DNA of 62,278 nt from Nemertoderma westbladi (Eukaryota > Animalia > Xenacoelomorpha), in contig JAUCBJ010002729.1 of NCBI GenBank assembly GCA_032718475.1, positions 1 through 62,278 on the forward strand. The letters run 5' to 3'. The stretch's first letter is position 1. Each line of letters starts with the position of its first letter. Made by a program: the position numbers and the translations under genes. Below the pieces are notes generated by a model. It was given only the letters and a program-made list of their open reading frames with translations, was not told the origin of the DNA and did not search any database. Of the stretch, positions 41,087 through 52,615 are shown piece after piece.

Positions 41087-42479
41087 GGCCTATACTGTAC
41101 AGTAGGTTGTAAATTATTAATAATATAAAATGGGCCGGTTCGTTATGAATGAGCTAATAGGAAACCAATAAGGCTGTAAGTACATAGGGTGTACTATGAT
41201 TGACATATGTGGTCACCATGTGTTAACATTAGTAATGAAGCAATGCTACCATTGGTTATATGCAGGCTACTGCTATTCTACTGTAGTGTATAATTGTATA
41301 TGCCTGCAGTACAGTATGTAGCCATCAGAGATTAAATGTTCGTGTTAGAATCTACACGTTCGTGGGGCTAACGCGCAGGACGAGGCTTAGTTATCAGATA
41401 CAGATTAAAATTGAGCAATTCTATCCCAAAATCGGTACTTAAGAAATTTAAATAAATAAATAAGAAATTTAACCAAACCGCCTATAAGAATAAATCAAAG
41501 AAGATAGGAAAGTCCCCCCCCCCCCTTGCTTCAACCGCCCTCTTAATCTGCACCACCCCAACAACCGCTAAGGACCACAGAGGATTAATGAAAGGCAGAG
41601 GTATTAACAGTAAATTAGTGTTTTAAAAGAAATATATTTTTAGGTGTGGATGCAACCCAATTTGTAAAAATTATTAAAACTTACCTTATGCCGATAGCAA
41701 TGATACTAAAATATTAATTCATCATGTCAACACCTCAAATAAATTATTTAACTAATTATTCTAAAGAATCAGGATGAAATACTCAGGCAATCATTTTGCG
41801 AGATAATAATAAGCAAGCTGGCTTTGGTATGGCACCTTACACTAGTAGTGCCTGCTTTGCCTATAGTCTGCTTCAGGGGTCTAACACATATCCTTGACGA
41901 GCCACTCGTTGGACCGACAGCAGGTTCCCTGAGCGAAACCAGAAGGCACGTAGGAATGGAGGTAAGCATTTCTACTAGAGAGCGCCTGTGGAATCGTATA
42001 AGGATCTTCCGAGCATCTCACCCACTCGTCGAAAGATATCCCTCTGGTGTCCTTTGCCAGAGGAGTTCCCTTACAATTTCATCGATATTTGGCTGAGTTA
42101 TGAACGTTTAAAATTGAACACGACAGAACGACAGATACACCTATTGGTACTGTTAGTGGTACCTGTATGCTAAGCTCGCTTACTTTCATCGCTCGCCCCA
42201 CACAGAAACGCAACTGTATTGTGATGTGAGGGCAGTGATAATACAAAAAGGGCTGTGAAAATAATAAGCATACTCCTGTAGTCATATTTATTTTATATTT
42301 ATTTTTTTTTTTTTTTTTTATATTATTAATAGCTAGGAACGATATTAGGCATGCATATAAATCTATATTAGCCATTAAAAAGCAAAAAGCGTACAACGTA
42401 GGCCTACTATTAATAATTATTGAGATCCAATTGACCAATGGTTAAAAGAGATACTGTAGTTTATTGCTATCGTATTGGC

Positions 42480-44145
42480 TACGAATTAAAGTCATCCCAA
42501 AATTGATGAAAATTTCACCAAAAAAGATTATTTTACACCAAATTAAATTATGTGACCCCAAAAAAATTATTCAATACGAAATAAAATAAAGTCACCCCAA
42601 ATAAAATTATTCAATCACCAAAACAAATTTTTCAACACCAAAAACAATTATTCAACACCAAAAAAATAATTCAATACCAAAATAAATAAATGCTCCCCAA
42701 AACCAATTATTAGCACCAAAATAAATGACAAAACCCCCAAAATAATTACAAATTTTCCCAAAACAATTACATATTCGCCCAAAATAAATGCATTTTCCCC
42801 CAAAACAAATACATTTTCCCCCAAACCAAATACATTTTCCCCCAAAACAAATACATTTTTCCCTAAAACAAATACATTTTCGCCCAAAAAAAATACATTT
42901 TCGCCCAAAATAAATACATTTTCCCCCAAAACAAATACATTATCCCCCAAAAATTTTTGAGAATAATCAGCTGTTATTTGCGTCGAATTTCCACTGGAGG
43001 GGGATGAATTTTTATTGCGTCAAGTTTCGCCCCCCCCCCCCCCCCCTCCCCACCCCTATCTGAAAACTTCTGTACTGCCGTAATACTGAAACCTAATAAC
43101 AGAATAAGTAATAGCCATAGGTAATAATAGATAGGCAATAGGCGTATCGGTACGAATACTGAAACTGAAGTAGGCCTAATACTGTAGGTATATCGGTACG
43201 AATACAGAAACTGAAGTAGGCCTATTACTGTAGGTATATCGGTACGAATACTGAAACTGAAGTAGGCCTATTACTGTAGGTATATCGGTACGAATACTGA
43301 AACTGAAGTAGGCCTATTACTGTAGGTATATCGGTACGAATACTGAAACTGAAGTAGGCCTATTACTGTAGGTATATCGGTACGAATACTGAAACTGAAG
43401 TAGGCCTAATACTGTAGGTATATCGGTACGAATACAGAAACTGAAGTAGGCCTAATACTGTAGGTATATCGGTACGAATACTGAAACTGAAGTAGGCCTA
43501 ATACTGTAGGCCTATCGGTACGAATACTGAAACTGAAGTAGGCCTATTACTGTAGGTATATCGGTACGAATACTGAAACTGAAGTAGGGCTATTACTGTA
43601 GGTATATCGGTACGAATACTGAAACTGAAGTAGGGCTATTACTGTAGGTATATCGGTACGAATACTGAAACTGAAGTAGGCCTATTACTGTAGGTATATC
43701 GGTACGAAACCTACAGTAATAACAGAATACGTTGTTCTGAAGGCAATAGGCCTATCGGTACGAATACTGTAACTGAAGCTTGACAACTGGCCAAAGCGTA
43801 GTTAATATAAAATATTTTGTGCTGGAATAATTTATTTTGGTTGACAAGTAATTATTTTTGGGGGATGAATAATTGGTTTTGGGGTTAGAATAATTGTTTT
43901 TGGTGGTAGAATAATTGTTTTTGGGGGATGAATAATTGTTTTTGGGGGATTAATAACTGTTTTTGGGGAATCAATAATTTTTTTGGGGGGATGAATAATT
44001 GTTTTTGGGGGATGAATAATTGTATTTGGTGAGAAGGATATTCAAAATTGGGGGATGCGAATTGGTGCTACAAAAAAATATTTTTGGTGCAAAATAATTT
44101 ATTTTGGTGTTAAATCATCTAATTTGGGGTGGCATTCAATTAGTG
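42480..44145. mobile_element. Foldback-like element: inverted arms built of ~21-bp subrepeats around a central 46-bp array
   Basis: Left arm has (ccccaaaacaaatacatttt)-like repeats to ~42955; right arm has (gggggatgaataattgtttt)-like repeats from ~43820. Outer ends are diverged reverse complements. Confidence 0.6.
43145..43707. repeat. 46-bp minisatellite array, ~12 copies
   Basis: Unit tatcggtacgaatactgaaactgaagtaggccta(a/t)tactgtaggta, period 46 (43145, 43191...). Confidence 0.95.
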
Positions 44146-44713
44146 GCGTATTGTATATTTTATTGTATGCATGAATTATTCAATTAATATCCCCCCCCTC
44201 CCCATAAATGAATGCATTTTTATAATTATTACTATAATAGGAGCTCGATTCCGTGAGAGTTGGATTTATTTCTGGTATTTATGATACATTTTTTACATTT
44301 AAGGCGTATTATTAAGGTCATACATAAATCATGTTTGTCATGTTTTATAGTTTATTAATATGACGTAATCGTTCAGTATCACTGAGCTATTACAGTATTA
44401 ATTCTTACTGTATTAATGAACTACAGTACAAACACACAAATGACAAATAATTCAGTGAATTATCACCCTAAAACTACACCATATACATTATCTATTGCTT
44501 TACTTTTGCAAACTGCATTGGCTTTCACTGTTGTAACTACTGTACATATTTATAAGTTAGTTGTAAATCAAGTTTAAGTTTAGGACCATCTATTATGGCT
44601 ATATACTGTACATTATTTTGCTCTCATTTTATACACAGCTAGCTAGACTTCTGTTTACCGGGGCGGTATTGCCTTTACAATTTTCCAACTATTTTTTTAC
44701 TAATACAGATATA

Positions 44714-45398
44714 CACAGACAGAGACCAGACAGAGGATCAGACAGGCAGAGGTCAGACAGACATGCAAAGGTCAGGCAAACATACATGTTAGACGTGTCG
44801 TGGATATAGACCTACAGGCAAAGGACAGACAGGCAGAGGTCAGGCAGCTCGCAGACATAGGTTAGACAGACAAAGGGCAGGCAGACTAAGATAAGGCAGA
44901 CAGACAAATGTTAGACATGCAGAGGATAGACAAGACAGGAAAAGGACAGACAGGCAGGCGTCAGACAGAGAGGGGATTGGTAGATAAACAGATAGCTAGA
45001 CAGTGGTAAAGACATGCAGCGGACATACGTGCAGAAGATAGGCAGGCAGATCACATGCAGTCATAGACTGATACATCCCAGGTCGGACAGAAAGGGGACA
45101 GACAGGAAAATCATAGAGAGGCTATTAAGGAAAAGGATAGAGAGGATAGACTGAGAGAAAATGGATAGGCAGGCAGAAGGCGGACAGTAAGACATACAGA
45201 AGACAGGAAGACAAAATCTCATACATACAGGCAGAAGACAGACAAGCAGAACTCAAACAGAAAGAGGACAGACAGGCGAAAGTCAGACAGAGATAGGATG
45301 GACAAAAATGAGGTCAGGCAGAGGAAGGACATACAGACTAAGGTCAGGCAAACAGGTCAGACAAACAGATGATAAACAGGCAGAGGTCAGACAGACAA
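44714..45398. repeat. Degenerate purine-rich (CAGA/CAGG)n low-complexity tract
   Basis: Recurrent gacagacaggcagaggtca motifs. Confidence 0.8.
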
Positions 45399-46934
45399 AG
45401 TGTGATCTTAATACACCTCAGGCCTAGGGATTTTTCGTATACATTAACAATTAAGTTAAAAAATTAAACTTCGTTCTAATTGTTTAATAACAAAGTATAA
45501 ATCATGATATTATCATATTTTGTACGGATTTATAACAGAAGGGGGCGCTACATAATGGTGAATTATATACAATATCCAATCAACATCATCCACAATATAT
45601 CCAAAATCCATTGACAATCAATATATATAATGTTAATAAGAAAAATTCAGTTCAGGGCTAGCTATTTTCAGCTGTATTACATTTGTTGCTTTGTATCTTT
45701 AATTTGTTTAGGGTGACTTTGGTAGGTAATGTTGTTGTCATTAATAAATGATAAATGATAGGCATCAACGAATTCTAACAGGATTATTAAGATTATATTT
45801 AAAACCTATACGAATTTATACCGGTCCGGTACATTTGGGAAGATAGAGATTGGCCTAGAACACATTTACAGTACGCTCATTTTCTGTATTTGTTTATTAT
45901 TTTATTAATTAATCAATAAATGTCTGTGTTATTAATAAGAAGGGTTATATAAAACGCTTCATGGCTGTAAGGGGAATTCAGAAATACTAATAGCCTACTT
46001 TTTTTCGACTGTTTTTCGAAAAGTGAAAACGTGGTTTTTTCCCATGGGAGATCTTTCATTTGATTGAAATGAAAATTGTGTATTTATTTATTTATTTCTT
46101 TATTTACCGCAGGCAACATATGGAAAATATAATATTATATTATAATCGCACAATCAGCCCATATCGTCTACCTACGCTACAGCACAATAATTAAGTATGT
46201 AATTGATTATGTATGTATGTACTTAGTAATACTAATAATTCGCTAAATCTGTCTATCAGACTGACATGACATACATTACATGAGGGGGACTCTTGCGCAT
46301 TCGCATTATGACTAATTAAATTCTGAGAGATATAATACTGTATTTTTCTGATAGAGGCGTGAATAAATATCTGATAAATGGGATCATTTAAATAATGTGT
46401 CATTTATTTCTGATAATAAAAGTTAAAAGATACTGTACAATCTACCAGTTTATTCTATTACCATCGCCTATTAATATCGTGTTACCCGTATCTTATAGTT
46501 CACTTTTATTCAGGGTTTTATTTTCGTAGGCATACAATCATTCTATCTAAAATCTCTCAATATTGTTTGTTTCTGTATAATTATTTATTCTAAAATAATA
46601 TATTTAGATACAATAAATAAATAAAAAATTATGATATACATTTATATTTGTTATTGAAGGCGTCCTTAGGGACTATTACAGCCTTATCAGGGCGCCTGCA
46701 TTATTTTTTTCCCCAGCAAAGCCATAAGGTTCCCATTATACCGCTGGGTTGGCGTAGGCGTAAGCACTAATGTCTAAAGTGTCTTGCCTAGGGAAACAAC
46801 GAATGGTGCGAAATTTCCACTAAATATACGGTTCAGACATTTCTATTATATCTATTAAACTCTAACGTGTTCTATTGATTCTAGTTTATTGCTTTGGTTA
46901 TAATAACCTGCATGATGATTATTCAGTTTTCTAG

Positions 46935-47740
46935 TATAGATGACACCAACTTCTTGCAAGCAGACTTAAACCGGCTTGTTGAAGGGGCAAACAAATGGCA
47001 TTTATAGTTGAATTTTTCGAAGTGTAAAGTACTTCACCTTGGTCGTAGAAATCCATAAACGCCATACTACATGTCTAACACAGTTCTGGATGCAGTATGC
47101 GAAGAGAAAGACCTCGGTGTTACTTTTAGTTCCAATATGTGTTCATTGTTCTAATATTGCTGCTCATGCGACACGTATTCTTAACTTAGTAAAACACACA
47201 TTCACGTTTATGGAACCGATAATGTTTACTAAGTTATATAAGTCCATAAGTCTCGTCCGCTACTCGAATATGGTACAGTTGTATGGTCAGGGTCACCGTA
47301 TCTTCAAAAGGATATCGAGCACATAGAACGAGTGCAACACCGCGCAACCCGTATGGGACCTTCACTACAGCATCTATCATATGAGGAGCATCTTCGTTCA
47401 CTTAAAATACCGACACTGATTTACAGACGAGCTAGAGCGGATATGATATCAACATACAAGTTTGTTCACAAACTTGCTAACGTAGACTATAGTAACTTTT
47501 TTGAACTCTGAAGCCAGCGTCACTCATATTCGACAAGAGGTTCATCACTGACATTGTACAAACGAAACACCGCGGGTCAACATTTGTTCCACACTAACAG
47601 TTTTGCGTCTCGTGTGATAAACTTTGGAATGTGTTGGATGAGAATGTTGTTAATGCTCGAGATTTTCATGGTAATCCTAGTGTAAACTTATTTAAAAATC
47701 GTCTTGATTGTGCCATGAAGTCCAAAATGAATATTTATAG
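46935..47740 (+). mobile_element. Decayed CR1/L2-type LINE 3' fragment
   Basis: Frameshifted motifs LQADLNRL..W, KCKVLHLGRRN, EKDLGV, IERVQHRATRM and RRARADMI.TYK, typical of the CR1-clade RT C-terminus. Confidence 0.8.
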
Positions 47741-48667
47741 TGATATACAGTACCAGTTAGACAAGTTGCCACTGCCCAGTTTACATTCCATCGGTACTTA
47801 TATTAAATTTTACTTTTTTATCATTGTAATTACAATTTTTACCTAATTACATATCAGGTTCTTTGTTTTTAACATTTTCATATGAAGTGCGCAGTATTTT
47901 TTTCTTATTTTTCTTATTTTTTATTTGTTTTTTAATATTATTGCACACATCGAAGTTTTTACCGTATCGTTTTTAATAGAAAAATTTTAATCATAACGTG
48001 CCAACTAAATTTTTTAATGTTTATTTTTTATTGCAATATGTAAAATTATCAACATTGTGGTTTTTACTTACAATCTACGTCGTATAATTTTGAACCCCAC
48101 TATCTGATTATTGTTTATTTATGTTTGTAATACTGTATGTTATATGTTTGTACCTATAATGTATGTAACTTACCTACAGTACTTAATAAAAGAAATATAC
48201 GCATATGCGTAGAATCCTTATAGATTTGCCAGTTCATTGTGTTATATAAGAATTTATGTGCTGTATGTATTAATTTTTATTTGCATTTGGCGTATTAAAC
48301 TAAACTAAACTGATACAATATAGTTTCTATCTCGCTATGTACTGTATAATATGTCGATTACTATCAGTATCACAATAGGCCTAAATCCTTAATAATAATA
48401 ATAATATAATACTGTAATATAATAACCACTAGTAATATATCACCTACATACAATACATACCTGTAATAAAGGAGTTGTAATCACCTACAGCAATAGGCAG
48501 ATATGCACTGGTCAGCTGGTTAAATACAGGGGACCCCCCTTAATGCTGATTTCAGAATCATAACTCTTTCAGTCTTTAGTTGTTGTTAACGTAGCGCTGT
48601 TGCGTGACATTTCATGCATTACAGCACAGCAGCATTACTGCATTACATAGGAGATACCAGATACTGA

Positions 48668-48820
48668 TTATTGATAGTAACAATGTGTTAGCAAGCTGTA
48701 TTTTTCGAGGTGTTTTGTTATTATACATTTATTATAGGAAGGGATCTAGGGGTCTTTACCTCGAATGATAAGTTTTTTTTACCGAAAGACCCCTAGATCC
48801 CTTCCTATAATAAATGTATA
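48668..48820 (-). mobile_element. Short fold-back fragment of the tRNA-hammerhead element family, ~200 bp upstream of the ACLY ATG
   Basis: 48668-48784 matches the reverse complement of 55208-55331; 48785-48823 is an inverted copy of part of it. Flanked by 14-bp direct repeat ataccagatactga (48654-48667, 48821-48834). Confidence 0.88.
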
Positions 48821-49024
48821 ATACCAGATACTGACAGACTGATGTAGCTGTGTAGGGCGTAGCGTAGGCAGTAGGCGGTAGGCCTACCTAATTCGTAATT
48901 TTAGGCAATTCTGCAATTGTCAGATTGTTTTATATTTCAGTAGGCCTATTTCAGTATTTATTACTACCCCGTAACAGGCAGAGAGGTGACAGGGTAAGTT
49001 TCTACCGGTAATAAACTGTAAACA

Positions 49025-50476
49025 ATGTCAGCCAAGGCGATCTACGAAAGCGACGGTAAAGTGATCCTATCGAAACATTTATCTTCGGTTTCTACAATCG
49101 GAACAGTTGTTTCGATACACCCCGAAACGAATCTCGATGTACTTCCGTTCGAACAGACCTGGTTGACCTCCACCAAGTTGGTAGTGAAAGTCGATCAGTT
49201 GATTAAACGCCGCGGTAAACTGGGCCTGCTGGCGGCGGATGTGAACTGGGAGACGGCGAAGTCGTGGATCCGTGAACGCATGCATCAACGGTTGACGGTT
49301 GGTAACACGACGGGAGTGCTGAAACACTTTATAGTAGAACCGTTTGTGGAACACCAACCGGAGGACGAGTTCTATCTGTGCGTGTACTCGAGTCGGAACA
49401 ATGACACCGTGTTGTTCCATCACGAAGGCGGCATCGATGTGGGGGATGTTGAGAGCAAAGCGAAGCACATAGACGTGATGGTGGACGAACCGTTGACTAA
49501 GAACCTTTTAGAATCCAGTTCGTTATTCAGTAAACTCCGACCAGCGATTCGTCCCGTTTTGGTCGCTTTTGTTGAGACTTTGTACCGCGTTTACGTCGAC
49601 CTTCACTTCACCTACCTGGAGATCAACCCGCTGGTTGTCCGTGGGGATCGCGTTTACGTGCTGGACTTGGCTGCTAAGTTGGATCAGACAGCGGAGTATC
49701 TGTGTCGTGGGGCGGCCTGGGGTGTCGGACCGGTCTGCTTCCCGCCCCCGTTCGGACGCGAGGCCTACCCCGAGGAGGCCTACATCGCCGAGATGGACAG
49801 TAAAACCGGCGCGTCGCTCAAACTGACGTTGTTGAACCCGCGCGGGAAGATCTGGACGATGGTGGCCGGGGGCGGGGCCTCTGTGATCTACAGCGACACT
49901 ATATGCGACCTCGGGGGGGCCGGCGAGCTGGCAAACTACGGCGAATATAGCGGCGCCCCCAGCGAGAGTCAAACCTACGAGTACGCGAAAACCATACTGA
50001 AACTAATGACTCGCGAGAAACGAGACGACGGCAAGGTCCTTATCATCGGGGGCGGCATCGCCAACTTCACGAACGTGGCGGCGACCTTTAAGGGGATCGT
50101 CCGCGCACTCAAGGAGTTTGAGTCGCAGCTCCGGGAGCACCGCGCTTCTGTGTTTGTGCGTCGCGGGGGTCCCAACTTCCAGGAAGGACTCCGCGTTATG
50201 CGCGAGTTGGGCGCCACTCTCGGAGTTCCCATGCACGTGTTCGGCACCGAGACCCACATGACTGCCGTGGTTGCCATGGCGTTGGGATCCCGGGAGATCC
50301 CCATGCTCCCGCCCCCCGCGCAGCCGGTGACCGCCAACTTCCTCCTCTCTAGTCCCGGAGCCTCGGGGCTGTCCAAGTCTCGCGCCAACTCCGCGGTAGA
50401 GCCGAGCCGTAAAGCGATACAAACGGAGGTGTTTAACGCGGGAACTAAGGCGTTTATATGGGGGATGCAGCCAAAG
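49025..50476 (+). CDS. ACLY: ATP-citrate lyase, coding exon 1 (ATP-grasp and citrate-binding domains, 484 codons)
   Basis: MSAKAIYE start; [42 protein letters not shown] and RRGGPN motifs; donor AAG|gtaagg at 50476/50477 after IWGMQPK. Confidence 0.96.
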
Positions 50477-52118
50477 GTAAGGGATTGGGGGATACAGATT
50501 AATGGTAAGGGATTGGGGATGCAGCCTTATGGTAAGGGATGGGGGATGCAGCCTAATGGTAAGGGGTGGGGGATGCAGCCTAATGGTAAGGTATGGGGGA
50601 TGCAGCCTAATGGTAAGGGGTGGGGGATGCAGCCTAATGGTAAGGGATTGGGGGATACAGATTAATGGTAAGGGATGGGGGATGCAGCCTAATGGTAAGG
50701 GATGGAGGATGCAGCCAAATGGTAAGGGATGGGGGATGCAGCCAAATGGTAAGGGATGGGGGATGCAGCCCAATGGTAAGGGATGGGGGGTGCAGCCCAA
50801 TGGTAAGGGATGGGGGATGCAGCCTAATGGTAAGGGATGGGGGATGCAGCCAAATGGTAAGGGGTGGGGGATGCAGCCTAATGGTAAGGGATGGGGAATG
50901 CAGCCAAAGGTAGGGGATGGGGGTGCAGCCTAATGGTAAGGGATGGGGAATGCAGCCAAAGGTAGGGGATGGGGGTGCAGCCTAATGGTAAGGGATGGGG
51001 GATGCAGCCCAATGGTAAGGGATGGGGGATGCAGCCTAATGGTAAGGGATGGGGGATGCAGCCAAATGGTAAGGGGTGGGGGATGCAGCCTAATGGTAAG
51101 GGATGGGGGATGCAGCCAAATGGTAAGGGGTGGGGGATGCAGCCTAATGGTAAGGGATGGGGGATGCAGCCAAATGGTAAGGGATGGGGGATGCAGCCCA
51201 ATGGTAAGGGATGGGGGATGCAGCCAAATGGTAAGGGGTGGGGGATGCAGCCAAATGGTAAGGGGTGGGGGATGCAGCCTAATGGTAAGGGATGGAGGAT
51301 GCAGCCAAATGGTAAGGGATGGGGGATGCAGCCCAATGGTAAGGGATGGGGGATGCAGCCCAATGGTAAGGCGGTAATGGGTGGGGGATGCAGCCCAATG
51401 GTAAGAGATGGGGGATGCAGCCCAATGGTAAGAGATGGGGGATGCAGCCCAATGGTAAGAGATGGGGGATGCAGCCTAATGGTAAGGGATGGGGGGTGCA
51501 GCCCAATGGTAAGGGATGGGGGATGCAGCCCAATGGTAAGGGGTGGGGGATGCAGCCTAATGGTAAGGGATGGGGGATGCAGCCTAATGGTAAGGGATGG
51601 GGGATGCAGCCCAATGGTAAGGGGTGGGGGATGCAGCCTAATGGTAAGGGATGGGGGATGCAGCCAAATGGTAAGGGATGGGGGATGCAGCCAAATGGTA
51701 AGGGATGGGGGATGCAGCCCAATGGTAAGGGGTGGGGGATGCAGCCTAATGGTAAGGGATGGGGGATGCAGCCCAATGGTAAGGCAGTAAGGGGTGGGGG
51801 ATGCAGCCTAATGGTAAGGGATGGGGGATGCAGCCCAATGGTAAGGCAGTAATGGATGGGGGATGCAGCCCAATGGTAAGGGATGGGGGATGCAGCCTAA
51901 TGGTAAGGCAGTAAGGGGTGGGGATGCAGCCTAATGGTAAGGGATTGGGGATGCAGCCTAATGGTAAGGGATTGGGGATGCAGCCTAATGGTAAGGGATT
52001 GGGGATGCAGCCTAATGGTAAGGGGTGGGGGATGCAGCCCAATGGTAAGGGATGGGGGATGCAGCCTAATGGTAAGGGATGGGGGATGCAGCCTAATGGT
52101 AAGGGATTGGGGATGCAG
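50459..52118 (+). repeat. 27-bp G-rich minisatellite array, ~60 copies, derived from the ACLY exon 1 end plus splice donor
   Basis: Unit tgggggatgcagcc(t/c/a)aatg|gtaaggga vs exon junction tgggggatgcagccaaag|gtaaggga. Confidence 0.96.
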
Positions 52119-52615
52119 GACTTTTTAACCTTAATTAAAACTTTTTATCAGCATCTCATTATATAACACGCATTTGATCTCTAACTTAAATATCTACATT
52201 TTAATTACTATTTATAGATTAATAATTAATATTTTAATATTCAACTTTAACTTTGAATAGCTTTTAATTTAATTAATTAATTTAATAAATTAGTCTGACA
52301 TTGCCTTAGAGTATATTAGAGAGCGCTTTCATACCAGAAATAATTATATTTCGTGTGATTTGATTTGCATTTTGACTTACTTGGTACTGTGAATGCCGCC
52401 TAAAACAGTTCGTTCCGATTAATAAAATAAAAAAATATTTATTTTTTATTTTATTTATTTTTATAGTTTATTTATAAATATTATTTTTTAGGGTAACATT
52501 ATTTAAGGTAAAGTGATACTAATTGATTAAATTATTAAAACTCTACCTGGTTGACGGAGGTCTGCATTGTCTATTACAGTCAGTTATCTATATTTCTGTA
52601 AATCTCTGGTTTCAG

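Noticed and set aside
42648-42950. 100-aa LGENVFV-repeat ORF
   Set aside because: Translation of the 21-bp subrepeats of the foldback arm.
46690-46800. SINE remnant (aagtgtcttgcctagggaaacaac motif)
   Set aside because: Resembles common SINE body sequence but is too short and degenerate to support a call without a search.
50477-52166. GMQPNGKGW-repeat protein or C-terminal extension of a split ACLY subunit
   Set aside because: Canonical GT/AG sites join WGMQPK to AVQGMLDFD seamlessly, so the repeat is intronic.
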